Assembly: GCA_001779595.1 (NCBI GenBank)
Contig: MFKO01000008.1
Span: 5,618 to 48,204, forward strand
Direction: 5' to 3'
Length of the DNA stretch: 42,587 nt
DNA from: Candidatus Kaiserbacteria bacterium RIFCSPHIGHO2_01_FULL_46_22
Lineage (GTDB): Bacteria; Patescibacteriota; Minisyncoccia; Phycocordibacterales; UBA918
Within the stretch, counting starts at the first letter, position 1; each line of letters begins with the position of its first letter. A program made the translations under genes and the position numbers. This document shows, piece by piece, positions 24,906 through 34,543 of this stretch. The notes beneath the pieces are model-generated. The model was not told the origin of the DNA. It saw only the letters and a list, made by a program, of their open reading frames with translations, and did no database searches.

Positions 24906-25313
24906 ATGGCAATCGCAAAGAAAGATTTTAAAGTGTTTAAGAGTAGCGCCGGATTCGGACTAAGGACTCTGAAGGATATCAAGAAGGGTGAATTAGTGAT
25001 TGAGTACACAGGACGCAAAACCACCAACGAAGCCGCCGAACGTCACCCGAATCGTTACCAATTTGATCTGGACGAAAAGTGGACTATAGACGGTTCTCCG
25101 CGCAGCAATACCGCACGTTACATTAATCACTCCTGCCGCCCAAATTGTGAAGCTGTGTACTATACAGACACCAATGAAATAGGGATAGAATCCATTCGTA
25201 ATATTAAAGCAGGCGAAGAATTAACTTACGACTACGGCAAGGAATACTTCAACGAATATATCAGGCCGGTTGGGTGTAAGTGCGAAAAGTGTACCGCAGC
25301 CCGCTCCCGCTAG
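24906..25313 (+). CDS. SET domain protein-lysine methyltransferase
   Basis: GFGL...IKKGELVIEYTG, ARYINHSCRPNC, GEELTYDY, post-SET CKCEKC. Confidence 0.93.
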   Translation: MAIAKKDFKVFKSSAGFGLRTLKDIKKGELVIEYTGRKTTNEAAERHPNRYQFDLDEKWTIDGSPRSNTARYINHSCRPNCEAVYYTDTNEIGIESIRNIKAGEELTYDYGKEYFNEYIRPVGCKCEKCTAARSR

Positions 25314-25387
25314 AATTTTCTGGTAATTGTGGTATATTGCGTCTCATCAATTAGAGACGTCTGCTCTGAACTTATAAATTAAGCGAA

Positions 25388-26065
25388 ATTGATCTGAACA
25401 ACTTCCGACCATCTTACAATCCAAAAGACCGCACCCGTATCAACACCGCTATTCGCGCGAAGGAACTTCGTGTAATTGGTGCTAAAGGCGAAAATCTAGG
25501 CGTATTACTGCTTAATGATGCCCTCAAAGCCGCTGACGAAGCCGGGGTGGATCTTATCGAGATCTCACCAAATGCTAACCCCCCTGTCGCAAAAATAATG
25601 GACTTCGGCCAGTACCGTTATGAAACCAAGCGCAAGGCGAGCGAAGTGAAGGCCAAATCACACGTCACCGAAACCAAATCAGTGCAGGTTAAGGTAATCA
25701 CCGGCGAACACGATAAACAACAAAAATCCCGCCGCGCCGCTGAGTGGCTCTCGGAAGGACACCGCGTGAAAGTGGACCTATTCCTCTCCGGCCGCTACAA
25801 ATACATGGAGGAAGCCTTTTTGAAGGAACGTCTGGAACGATTCTTAAAAATCATCCCGATCGAGTACAAAATTGCCGATCCGATCAAAAAAAGCCCCAAA
25901 GGCTACACTGTTACCCTAGAGCGTGAGGGTAAGGCTAAATTTGAAAAAAGCAAAGAAGTGGTAGAAGAAAAGCCAGTAAAGAAGGCGGCTGAAGACTCTG
26001 ACTCCTCAGAGACTAAGTCCAAAAAGAAGTCCTTAGACGAATTGCTTGAGGGAGGCTTGATTTAA
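25388..26065 (+). CDS. infC: Translation initiation factor IF-3 (non-AUG start, ATT 25388 or CTG 25394)
   Basis: The frame upstream of the ORF-track start encodes RINTAIRAKELRVIG..GENLG (IF3 N-domain); no ATG/GTG/TTG between the in-frame TGA at 25367 and position 25547. Confidence 0.9.
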   Translation: MDLNNFRPSYNPKDRTRINTAIRAKELRVIGAKGENLGVLLLNDALKAADEAGVDLIEISPNANPPVAKIMDFGQYRYETKRKASEVKAKSHVTETKSVQVKVITGEHDKQQKSRRAAEWLSEGHRVKVDLFLSGRYKYMEEAFLKERLERFLKIIPIEYKIADPIKKSPKGYTVTLEREGKAKFEKSKEVVEEKPVKKAAEDSDSSETKSKKKSLDELLEGGLI

Positions 26066-26137
26066 AGCCCGTTTTGCGGTATATTCTTACCACTTTTGCT
26101 ACTTCTCTGGCAGAATACCCCGAATAGAAATAACGTT

Positions 26138-26329
26138 ATGAAAACCAATAAGTCGTACACCAAGCGCATTAAAGTTACCAAAAACGGTAAGCTGGTTGCT
26201 CGTAAGCCAGGCCAAAACCACTTTAATGCCCGCCAGACTGGCCAACAGCGTCTACGCCGTAAGCGTACTCAACTACTCAATATGAGTAAGCGCATTACTC
26301 GCCGTTTCCTACCAGCCACTGGTGCCTAA
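26138..26329 (+). CDS. rpmI: 50S ribosomal protein L35
   Basis: MKTNKSYTKRIKVTKNGK...HFN; lies between infC and rplT. Confidence 0.92.
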   Translation: MKTNKSYTKRIKVTKNGKLVARKPGQNHFNARQTGQQRLRRKRTQLLNMSKRITRRFLPATGA

Positions 26330-26349
26330 TTCTGTTTTAATCTTAATTT

Positions 26350-26694
26350 ATGTCACGTGTTAAAGGAGGATTGATGGCGCAAAAGCGCCGTCGTAATATC
26401 CTCGAACAAGTAAAAGGCTATCGTTTCGGCCGTTCTAAGAAGACCAAGCAGGCCATTGAGGCGATCCATCACGCCAAGAACTACTCATTCGCTCACCGTA
26501 AGGATAAGAAGAATGATTTCCGTCAACTTTGGATCGTTCGCATCAATGCTGCCCTGATGGCTCACGGCATCAAGTACAGTCGCTTCATCAAGGCCCTCAA
26601 GGACAAAGGTATAGCAATTGATCGTAAGATCCTCGCTTCCTTTGCCAAGGACCGACCAGAAGTCTTCAATCGTATTGTCGACCAAGTAAAATAA
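26350..26694 (+). CDS. rplT: 50S ribosomal protein L20
   Basis: MSRVKGG, KGYRFGRS, FRQLWIVRINAA, YSRFI, IDRKILA. Confidence 0.97.
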   Translation: MSRVKGGLMAQKRRRNILEQVKGYRFGRSKKTKQAIEAIHHAKNYSFAHRKDKKNDFRQLWIVRINAALMAHGIKYSRFIKALKDKGIAIDRKILASFAKDRPEVFNRIVDQVK

Positions 26695-26735
26695 ATAAAA
26701 TCCCCGACTCTAGAGTCGGGGATTTTATTTATTTT
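26688..26735. terminator. 48-bp perfect palindrome, bidirectional terminator
   Basis: AAAATAAATAAAATCCCCGACTCT/AGAGTCGGGGATTTTATTTATTTT. Confidence 0.85.
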
Positions 26736-26736
26736 G

Positions 26737-27282
26737 TCACCAACAACCAGAGGCCGACGAGCTAAATACGGAGTAAGTATTGGCACGGACAGTTACACAA
26801 TTGGGATAAGTTCCACCCCAACCTAAATCGAACATAGTATGACTGGCATTGGCATTCTCAATAGCGTTCCAAGCTAAAAGCTTGTAGTCTGTGCCGGTTG
26901 ATAGATATAAAAAGCACCGGTTGACCGCGACATTCTCTACTTCCGGCAAAACAGAAATGTAGGTAGGGGCCAAATTTGGTATATAACCAGTAGCGCCGGA
27001 GTAGGAATTTCCCGCACCATAGGTGCCGTGGCAGGCAGTAGTGCCCGATCGCCAATTGCCAGTAACTGGATACTGACCGTAATCGACAAAGTACATCTCG
27101 AGAGCTGTCCGAACCTGCTCCAACGATTGAACCAACTCCGCGTCGCGAGCTTTAGCGCGGGCGGAACTCAATGATGCCACGACCACGGATGCCAAAATGC
27201 CAATTATTGCTATGACAACCAACAGTTCTATAAGAGTGAAGCCTCCCTGAGGTTTGCTTTCACCAAACAAAGTTCGTTTCAT
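26737..27282 (-). CDS. Type IV pilin / GspG-like prepilin
   Basis: GFTLIELLVVIAIIGILASVV class III signal; ARAKARDA...ALEMYFVDYGQYP; four Cys. Confidence 0.9.
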   Translation of the reverse strand: MKRTLFGESKPQGGFTLIELLVVIAIIGILASVVVASLSSARAKARDAELVQSLEQVRTALEMYFVDYGQYPVTGNWRSGTTACHGTYGAGNSYSGATGYIPNLAPTYISVLPEVENVAVNRCFLYLSTGTDYKLLAWNAIENANASHTMFDLGWGGTYPNCVTVRANTYSVFSSSASGCW

Positions 27283-28643
27283 AAATCCAAATCTATCACA
27301 TCACCCTCCGCTGGGGCGACAGCATTAGTCCCCAGATAATCCCGCAAACGTTGGACGAGAAACAAAGCCGATCGTTCCTCCCCCATCGTAACAAACACTC
27401 TTTCTATTTTCTCCCCGCCTTTTGCTACAAAGTCGATCAGTTGTTCTCGGTCAGCGTGGCCGGACCAACCATGAATGGTTGCGACCTTGGCTCGTACTTT
27501 TACATCTTGATTATCAATACGAACACGCTTAGCTCCGTCTTGGAGGCGACGGCCCAGACTGCCAACCGACTGATAACCAACCAGGAGCAAGGTTGTATTA
27601 ATGTCTTCTAAAAAGTGTTTTTCGTGACCTTGAATACGACCGCCGTGAGACATTCCACTTCCCGCAATAATGATCTTCGGCCCATGCACTTTGGCAATAG
27701 CACGAGAATCGGCTACCGTGCGCGTAAACTTTAGCTTCGGAAAATCAAAAATATCATCCCCTGACTCAATCTGCCTCCTGATCTCCTCCCTCAAATGTTT
27801 GGTCCGCTCGCGATAAATATCAGTCACCGCTATCGCCAATGGTGAATCCAAAAAAACCGAAACCGGCTGTATCTTGCCTCGTTCTACTAAGTTATTGATC
27901 TCTAGGAGCAAGATTTGCGTGCGCTCCAGGGAAAAAGCCGGGATTATTAAGGTTCCGTTTTTAACAATCGTTTGTTCGATATGGTGAAGCAACAAGTCGC
28001 TGCGTTCCTCTACTTCTTCGTGAGAGCGGTCACCATAGACGCTTTCCATAACTAAATAGTGATAGCCCGCAGGCACATCAGGTGCACTCATTAAGGGCTG
28101 TGGATTGTTTCCAATATCCCCCGAAAAGACGAGCTTGCGACCGTCGCGCTCGATCGCAATGAAAGCCGAGCCCAAAATATGACCCGCGTTACTTAGGGTA
28201 ACAACGACGTCGTCAGACAGCATTAATCGTTCTCCATATTCGACCGTCTGCCACATAGACAAGGCGGTTTCGATATCCCTCATTTCGTAGAGACGCGGCG
28301 TGCCAAAACGTTGTTCCTCAAAAATCATCACGCTTAGGGCATCCTCAAGCATCACTGCCGCCAAGGCGCGGGTTGGTTCGGTCGAATATATCTTCCCTTT
28401 GAAACCATCTTTAACTAACTTCGGAATACGCCCAATATGATCACTATGTGCGTGAGTTACAAGCAAAACATCTATGATCGCTGGGTCGTACGGAAACTCT
28501 TTACTGTTGATAGTCTCCGCGAACCGGTCTCCCTGCACCATGCCACAGTCAACTAAAAATTTTGCGCCGCCGGAGTCGAAAAGAAAGTTAGCACCAGTCA
28601 CGCTTCCTACTCCGCCATAGAAACCGATTTTGGAGTGTCTCAT
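27279..28643 (-). CDS. MBL-fold beta-CASP ribonuclease
   Basis: VTGANFL, DCG, THAHSDHIG, AGHILGS, FSGDIG, MESVYG, PAFSLERTQ, GSGMSHGGRI, SGHAD. Confidence 0.92.
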   Translation of the reverse strand: MRHSKIGFYGGVGSVTGANFLFDSGGAKFLVDCGMVQGDRFAETINSKEFPYDPAIIDVLLVTHAHSDHIGRIPKLVKDGFKGKIYSTEPTRALAAVMLEDALSVMIFEEQRFGTPRLYEMRDIETALSMWQTVEYGERLMLSDDVVVTLSNAGHILGSAFIAIERDGRKLVFSGDIGNNPQPLMSAPDVPAGYHYLVMESVYGDRSHEEVEERSDLLLHHIEQTIVKNGTLIIPAFSLERTQILLLEINNLVERGKIQPVSVFLDSPLAIAVTDIYRERTKHLREEIRRQIESGDDIFDFPKLKFTRTVADSRAIAKVHGPKIIIAGSGMSHGGRIQGHEKHFLEDINTTLLLVGYQSVGSLGRRLQDGAKRVRIDNQDVKVRAKVATIHGWSGHADREQLIDFVAKGGEKIERVFVTMGEERSALFLVQRLRDYLGTNAVAPAEGDVIDLDL

Positions 28644-29023
28644 AGGTTATCGTGCAAACGTTTGGCCATTAAGTAACCGATGAAACCCCCACCAAGACCA
28701 AACACCAAATCACCGATTGTATCTGATAGAAAATCCGGATTGTTTTGCGAAATGCCTGAGACTGCTTCAAAAACTTCCCACAATAAGGCTATGAAAAAAA
28801 CAAAAGACAATGTCGGCACAAGAGAGAGCCATTCCACTCGCAAACGCGGCAAGAAATCTCGTAGAGTAAACCAACCAAGCGCTACAGCGGCACCACCCCA
28901 AGCGTGCATCAAAAGATCAAACCACGGGTAAAGCCAATATAGGTGAAATTGCAGAGAAAGATAGTGCATCACAGCCAAAACTGCGATGGTTATTGTAAAT
29001 ATAACGGTGGTAATTTTAATCAC
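28640..29023 (-). CDS. Hypothetical membrane protein (DLLMH...LLWEVFE...DT.GDL)
   Basis: Four TMs with conserved-looking D/H/E residues; GTG start 6 nt after TGTTATACT; 4-nt overlap with the MBL gene. Confidence 0.75.
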   Translation of the reverse strand: MIKITTVIFTITIAVLAVMHYLSLQFHLYWLYPWFDLLMHAWGGAAVALGWFTLRDFLPRLRVEWLSLVPTLSFVFFIALLWEVFEAVSGISQNNPDFLSDTIGDLVFGLGGGFIGYLMAKRLHDNL

Positions 29024-29070
29024 AGAAACAGTATAACAAAAAGAACCCGCCTCCTCTTTTGCAACGATCA

Positions 29071-29250
29071 TCAGATCACAACAAAAGTGGAGACGAGTTC
29101 TTGGAACCACTTGTATGTCCCCGGCGCATGCCAGGTGGGCATCCTTTCCAAATTCCGCTGAAATCCCTGTCTACCCGAGGGCAGAATGAAGGTTCTCATT
29201 GGTCTTTGCGACTTAAGACAGCCCTGAAAAAGCTTTTTAACTCGGAACAT
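29071..29250 (-). CDS. Possible small protein (59 aa, MFRVKKLFQGC...STFVVI)
   Basis: Fills the gap between the ndk terminator and the next promoter; TGCTAAAAT upstream; no family support. Confidence 0.25.
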   Translation of the reverse strand: MFRVKKLFQGCLKSQRPMRTFILPSGRQGFQRNLERMPTWHAPGTYKWFQELVSTFVVI

Positions 29251-29278
29251 ACAAAGCGGTTCTGTTTGATTTTAGCAT

Positions 29279-29319
29279 AAAAAAAGCAGCGCGGGCCTTT
29301 GGCCCGCGCTGCTTTTTTT
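29279..29319. terminator. Terminator (GCGCGGGCC family)
   Basis: A tract-GCAGCGCGGGCC-TTT-GGCCCGCGCTGC-T tract, downstream of ndk. Confidence 0.8.
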
Positions 29320-29326
29320 CTATCCC

Positions 29327-29932
29327 CTATTCCTTTACGCTATCGAAATTCACGTCATACATTATGCGCTCCTGTGCAGTCGCATAGTTCATTATCTCCT
29401 CATCCTTGAACCAAAGCTTGATTTCGCGCTCAGCTTCTTCAGGAGATTCAGACTGATGAACTAAGTTGCGCACGCCACGATTCTCAACAGTAGCGTGTGA
29501 GTAGGAATCGACTGTGTAGTCGCCACGGATCGTTCCCACATCAGAGGTAGCCGGCTCAGTACCACCTACGAGCTTAGACACCACCGCTACAGCCTGATTA
29601 CCTTCAATAACTATCGCCACCACCGGTGCAGCCATCATATAACGAGCCAGGTTGCGGATAATATCTTTGCCGTATTCGATAGGCTCCTTCTCGACTTTCA
29701 TATTGTTCGCTTCCATATCCTTGACCACTCCCTCTCCTTTTCTAAGGAACCAAGCGTCGTCCTTGTTGTAGTGAGCAAATAGCTGTTCTTCGGTCGCCAT
29801 CACCATCTTCATAGCACTGAGCTTTAGGCCGACGCGCTCAAAACGAGCAATGACTTCGCCTACGAGTGAACGCTGCAAAGTGTCTGGTTTTAGGAGTACA
29901 AGTGAACGCTCCTGGTGTGGCAATCGGTTCAT
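29327..29932 (-). CDS. ndk: Nucleoside diphosphate kinase
   Basis: ERSLVLLKPD, VGEVIARFE, GTIRGDY, RNLVHQSES (catalytic His), EREIKLWF. Confidence 0.93.
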   Translation of the reverse strand: MNRLPHQERSLVLLKPDTLQRSLVGEVIARFERVGLKLSAMKMVMATEEQLFAHYNKDDAWFLRKGEGVVKDMEANNMKVEKEPIEYGKDIIRNLARYMMAAPVVAIVIEGNQAVAVVSKLVGGTEPATSDVGTIRGDYTVDSYSHATVENRGVRNLVHQSESPEEAEREIKLWFKDEEIMNYATAQERIMYDVNFDSVKE

Positions 29933-29999
29933 AAATAAGTGGTCAAATTAATGCTTAAAAGTGTCGAGAGTATACAAGAAAAACGGCAAATTACCAATC

Positions 30000-30788
30000 T
30001 TATCTTGCCACCTGGCTAGGGGTAAGAATTTCACTGCCAGACTCGGTTATTAGTACCGTGTGTTCCATATGAGCCGTGAGGCCTCCGTCCTTCGAACGCA
30101 CGGTATAACCGTCTTCGGTATCAAAGACAACATCCTTACTCCCTTGTACGATCATTGGTTCAATCGCCAGCACCATTCCAGGTCGAAGTACCGGCCCTGG
30201 GTTGCCTTTCTGTACGTAGTTTGGCACCTGAGGCTCTTCGTGGAGGGAATAACCGACACCATGACCACACAAGTCTTCGACAATGCCATAACCCTTAGGA
30301 ACGACGGCTTCTTCGGCTGCTCCAATAGCTGATACCTTGACGCCTGGCTTGACTGCTTTTATTGCAGCGTAAAGAGCGTTCTTTGTTACGCTTAGCAACT
30401 CTTTTGCTTTCTCGCTACCTTGACCAGCAATGACGGTGCGGGCGGAGTCTAGAACCATACCCTGATAGCCGATCACTAAGTCTATTGAGACTACGTCGCC
30501 ATCCTTGAAGGTGACAGGTTCCTCATTTGGAATTCCGTGAACCACGACATCGTTGACGGACACACAAGTCACCGCAGGATAAGGGCGTGGCGCAAAAGAA
30601 GGCTGGTAACCAAGTATCATTGGTTCCAATTCGTGCTCTTCTAAAAGTTCGGCCGCCCGATCATCAACATCAAGCGAAGTGGCTCCCGGTGTTACCTCTT
30701 TCTCTAATTCATCTAATATCATACCCAAAAGACGCCCGCCTTCTCGCAGCTTTTGAATATCTTCTTCGGTTTTGATTGTAATTCCCAT
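30000..30788 (-). CDS. map: Methionine aminopeptidase type I
   Basis: CVSVNDVVVHGIP, DVVSID, DSART, GHGVG..LHEEP, AIEPM, AHMEHTV. Confidence 0.96.
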   Translation of the reverse strand: MGITIKTEEDIQKLREGGRLLGMILDELEKEVTPGATSLDVDDRAAELLEEHELEPMILGYQPSFAPRPYPAVTCVSVNDVVVHGIPNEEPVTFKDGDVVSIDLVIGYQGMVLDSARTVIAGQGSEKAKELLSVTKNALYAAIKAVKPGVKVSAIGAAEEAVVPKGYGIVEDLCGHGVGYSLHEEPQVPNYVQKGNPGPVLRPGMVLAIEPMIVQGSKDVVFDTEDGYTVRSKDGGLTAHMEHTVLITESGSEILTPSQVAR

Positions 30789-30794
30789 TATTTT

Positions 30795-31400
30795 TTACAA
30801 ACCAAGTGCCTTTACGATGGCTCGATGCACATCGTCTATCGAAGCTGTACCATCTATATCGTGTACTTTTGTGTTCGGTCGAGTTCGATAGTATTCGACA
30901 ACTGGGGATGTTTCTTCACGATACCATCGTAAACGCTCCTCGATCGACTCCAAAGTATCGTCTGGTCGAGCCCGCGAAACCATTCGCTCGCGCACTACAC
31001 TCTCTGGAGCTTGCAAGTGAATGATATCGACAGCTTGCCGTTCGTAGAAAGTGAACGCTGACTCGAGCACTCTAGCCTCATCAACTATACGAGGAAAACC
31101 GTCAATCAACAGGTGACAATCGGTGTCTAGATGAGTACGCATCGCGTCGCCCCACAGCACCGTAGAAAGAAATAACGGCTGAAGCACTCCGGTATTTAAA
31201 GTATCCTGAATATGCTTCTCGGTATAGCCTTCTCCTGAAGCGGCCATCGCGCGAAAGCGACGACCGGTCTGGATGTCGACCACACGGCGGGCCGGATCCT
31301 GTTCATGCAAAATGCGATCAAGCCGCTCAATCTGAGTACCTTTACCGCTGCCTTGCGGACCAATAAAGACCACCGTCCTAGGTTTTTCTAAAAATGTCAT
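30795..31400 (-). CDS. adk: Adenylate kinase family protein (short LID)
   Basis: GPQGSGKGTQ, IDGFPR, RARPDDT, RL.WY; upstream of map. Confidence 0.85.
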   Translation of the reverse strand: MTFLEKPRTVVFIGPQGSGKGTQIERLDRILHEQDPARRVVDIQTGRRFRAMAASGEGYTEKHIQDTLNTGVLQPLFLSTVLWGDAMRTHLDTDCHLLIDGFPRIVDEARVLESAFTFYERQAVDIIHLQAPESVVRERMVSRARPDDTLESIEERLRWYREETSPVVEYYRTRPNTKVHDIDGTASIDDVHRAIVKALGL

Positions 31401-31461
31401 GCAGGGCCAGTGTACTCCAAGAAAAGCTAAAATTCAAAGCAAAATATGCTATGTTATCGCG

Positions 31462-32031
31462 ATGGATAAGAAAAGCATCATTACACTAGCCGGCAAGCCT
31501 GGGAGCGGCAAATCTACCACCTCTAAGAAACTAGCCGAGCGACTTGGCTTTGAGCGATTCTCTTCTGGTGACCTATTCAGGGCAATAGCCAAAGAACGAG
31601 CTGTTGATGTATTAACAATAAACCAGACGGCCGAGACAGAAAAAGCCATAGACCTTGAGGTTGACGAAAAATTGCGCCAGATCGGCGCAACCAAAAACAA
31701 CCTAGTTATAGACTCCAGAATGGCCTGGCACTGGATGCCATACTCCTTCAAAGTCTACCTAGATCTTGATATTTTGGTTGCAGCAAGACGGATCACTGCT
31801 GGTATGGACCTAGAAAGAATGGAAGCGGAGCATATTCCATCGGATCCAAATCAATACGCTGTGCAACTACAAGAACGTCTGAACAGTGAAACTAGGCGTT
31901 ATGAAAGTCTCTACCAACAAAATCCGTACGATACGGAAAACTACGATCTGATAGTAGACACGTCAAAACACAATCCGGAAGAAGTAGTCAACATCATTCT
32001 TGAAGCCTACGATTTGTGGATAAAAAGATAA
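31462..32031 (+). CDS. cmk: Cytidylate kinase (archaeal-type) family protein
   Basis: ITLAGKPGSGKST, SSGDLFR, IDSRMAW, FKVYL, RRYESLY, YDLIVDTS; ATG 31462 after TGCTATGTT. Confidence 0.82.
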   Translation: MDKKSIITLAGKPGSGKSTTSKKLAERLGFERFSSGDLFRAIAKERAVDVLTINQTAETEKAIDLEVDEKLRQIGATKNNLVIDSRMAWHWMPYSFKVYLDLDILVAARRITAGMDLERMEAEHIPSDPNQYAVQLQERLNSETRRYESLYQQNPYDTENYDLIVDTSKHNPEEVVNIILEAYDLWIKR

Positions 32032-32039
32032 GGTGATCA

Positions 32040-32072
32040 ATAAAGCCCCGCGGCTACGCCGCGGGGCTTTAT
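32040..32072. terminator. Bidirectional terminator
   Basis: ATAAAGCCCCGCGGC-TAC-GCCGCGGGGCTTTAT. Confidence 0.75.
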
Positions 32073-32090
32073 GATATATATTTCCTAATC

Positions 32091-33362
32091 CTAATACTCC
32101 CTCATAGAGACCTGCGCATCTAGTCGACGCAACAGATCCAATACCACGTTCACAACGATCAGAATGGCAGTACCACCGATAGCAAGGGCGGCGATACCAG
32201 TTGTCATCTGAAGCACCAATGGCAAGACTGCGATCAGACCAAGAAATACTGCGCCGACTAGCGTGAGTCTGGTGATCAAACCAGCCAAATATTCGCTAGT
32301 TGCTGTTCCTGGTCGAAGACCTGGAATGAAAGCACCACTGCGTTGCAGATTCTTAGACACTGATTCTGGATCAAAAGTAACGGCTGTGTAGAAGAACGCG
32401 AACAGAATCACTAAGGTGAAGTAGGTAACTGCGTACAGGGGCTGATTATTCAAGAATCCAAGGACTACATCAGACACCCGATCAAGGCCGCTGATGTTGA
32501 AACTAGACAAGACATTTAAGAGCATCTGCGGAAAGAGTAAGATCGACATCGCAAAGATGATCGGAATCACACCAGCCTGATTAAGTCGCAACGGCAAATA
32601 TGAAGACGTGCCGCCGTAAGTTGTACCGCCACGACTTTGTTTGGCATAAGTGATAGACACTGGACGTTCTGCTTCAGTCATCACAACTACAGCGTACAGG
32701 GCCAATAGAGCAACGAAACCAAAACCGAGGTAGAGCGGCAATTGCGCTGGGCTGTAAGAGAAAGCGAGCTGGCTGACTGTAGCAGGCAAGCCGGCGACGA
32801 TACCAGCAAAGATGATGATCGATACACCATTACCGATACCATACTCAGTGACCAACTCACCAATCCACATAAGAAGGATTGAACCGGCCACGATCAAAAT
32901 GATATTGACCACGAAAGCAAAGGTGGTCAATCCTGAAATCACACCCTGACTCTGGAGTAGTGAAAGGAAGCCAAAGCCCTGCAAGATCGCAAGCGGAAGA
33001 GTTAGTAGACGTGAGTATTGGGTAAATTTGGCACGGCCTGCCTCACCTTCTTCTGTATACAGGCTCTTCATTTGCGGCGACATCACAGTCAAAAGCTGCA
33101 TGATGATCGAGGCTGTAATGAATGGCCCAACACCAAGCATGATAATAGACAGGTTGGCCAAACCGCCGCCCGAAAAGATGTTCAACAATCCAAGAAATTG
33201 GTTGTTCTCAAAAAATTGAGAAAGCACCGCCTGGTCCACTCCGGGAATCGGGATAGTTGAAAGCGCCCGGAAGACGAACAATGCACCAATAATGAAAAGT
33301 AACCGGTTGCGAATCGATTTGTCGGAAAAGATTATCTTCAGCTTGTGTAGGAATTTTGACAT
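32091..33362 (-). CDS. secY: Preprotein translocase SecY
   Basis: IPIPGVD, LGVGPFITASIIMQLL, GIGNGVSIIIFAGI, NQAGVIPIIFA, FIPGLRPG; start placed at MSKFLH. Confidence 0.97.
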   Translation of the reverse strand: MSKFLHKLKIIFSDKSIRNRLLFIIGALFVFRALSTIPIPGVDQAVLSQFFENNQFLGLLNIFSGGGLANLSIIMLGVGPFITASIIMQLLTVMSPQMKSLYTEEGEAGRAKFTQYSRLLTLPLAILQGFGFLSLLQSQGVISGLTTFAFVVNIILIVAGSILLMWIGELVTEYGIGNGVSIIIFAGIVAGLPATVSQLAFSYSPAQLPLYLGFGFVALLALYAVVVMTEAERPVSITYAKQSRGGTTYGGTSSYLPLRLNQAGVIPIIFAMSILLFPQMLLNVLSSFNISGLDRVSDVVLGFLNNQPLYAVTYFTLVILFAFFYTAVTFDPESVSKNLQRSGAFIPGLRPGTATSEYLAGLITRLTLVGAVFLGLIAVLPLVLQMTTGIAALAIGGTAILIVVNVVLDLLRRLDAQVSMREY

Positions 33363-33428
33363 AAACGAGTGAACTTTTAGCGTCTGCGTAAGCGGGCGGA
33401 TGCTTTGCATCCGCCCGCATTATAACCC

Positions 33429-33878
33429 TTATTTAACTTCGCCGCCTGCCTTTTCCAACTTGGCTTTGGCCGAAGCGGAGACAGTACAATCTACTACACT
33501 GAATTTCTTGGTTACCTCCCCAGTACCGAGGATCTTCACGAGTGGCAAGCGACCACGCTTGGTGCTGATCACTCCTGCTGCAACCAATGTCTTAGGACTA
33601 ACGATAGCTCCGGCTTCAAATTTAGTTTCTAGTGCCTTAAGGTTGACTACCACAGGAAGCACACGCTCAGCATTAACCGCTTCAGAGCGATTAATACCGT
33701 GACCACGAAGCTTAGGCAATTTCTTGATCTGCTCACGCATTTCCGGACGAGTAGAGTTACCCGCACGAGCGGTTTGACCCTTATGTCCGCGACCAGACAT
33801 CTTACCGCGCTTACCACCACGACCTATACGGCGGGCTGTTTTACGAGGCGCTGTCGGTTTTAGTTGATGTAACTGCAT
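33429..33878 (-). CDS. rplO: 50S ribosomal protein L15
   Basis: RIGRGGKRGKMSGRGHKGQ, LPKLRG, VKILGTG, KLEKAGG. Confidence 0.96.
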   Translation of the reverse strand: MQLHQLKPTAPRKTARRIGRGGKRGKMSGRGHKGQTARAGNSTRPEMREQIKKLPKLRGHGINRSEAVNAERVLPVVVNLKALETKFEAGAIVSPKTLVAAGVISTKRGRLPLVKILGTGEVTKKFSVVDCTVSASAKAKLEKAGGEVK

Positions 33879-33887
33879 AATTAAAAG

Positions 33888-34523
33888 TTAGGCCTTCAAA
33901 AGCTTGAGCGCTTCGATAGTGGCACGCGCGTTGTTAAGTTTATTCTTGGTTCGGGAAAGAAGTTTGGCTGTAACATCCTTTACTCCAGCCAGCTCTAGTA
34001 CGGTACGAACCGAACTACCAGCCACGAGACCGCGACCAGCTGCTGGGATGATCATAACTTCACTGGAAGAGAGCTTAGTCTGCACATCGTGTGCGATCTG
34101 GCTATGTTGATTCATTGGTACAGTGATCATATGCTTTTTGGCATCTCGCACTGCTTTTTCAATCGCTAGCTGTGTGTCACCAGCCTTGCCGATACCAACT
34201 CCAACCCGACCCTTCTTATCACCTATCACCATTGCAACAGAGAAAGAGAATCGACGACCACCAGCCATAACACGAGTAACGCGGCGGATCGAAATGATTT
34301 TTTGATCAAACTCTGGGCGAACACGTTCGCGACCACCTTCATTACGACGAGGGCGACGCGGATTACGGTCACGACCTCCTCGTTCAGTACGGCCACCACG
34401 ACCACGTGCTGCTCCTCGATCCCCCTGACCGGCATTTCCAGCCTCAGTCACAGGTGCATCGGCGACCGCTCCATTGGCGGTCTCATTTGCCGTCTCGGCA
34501 ATTTTAGCTTCCTGTTTTTCCAT
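33888..34523 (-). CDS. rpsE: 30S ribosomal protein S5
   Basis: IRRVTRVMAGGRRFSF, GRVGVGIGKA, GRGLVAG, VLELAGVKD. Confidence 0.97.
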   Translation of the reverse strand: MEKQEAKIAETANETANGAVADAPVTEAGNAGQGDRGAARGRGGRTERGGRDRNPRRPRRNEGGRERVRPEFDQKIISIRRVTRVMAGGRRFSFSVAMVIGDKKGRVGVGIGKAGDTQLAIEKAVRDAKKHMITVPMNQHSQIAHDVQTKLSSSEVMIIPAAGRGLVAGSSVRTVLELAGVKDVTAKLLSRTKNKLNNARATIEALKLLKA

Positions 34524-34543
34524 AATTGGTTAACTTGAATTGA

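Noticed and set aside
685-32023. DnaA boxes (685-693, 4010-4018, 32015-32023) as oriC
   Set aside because: They are isolated and far apart, one lies inside a CDS, and there is no cluster or dnaA.
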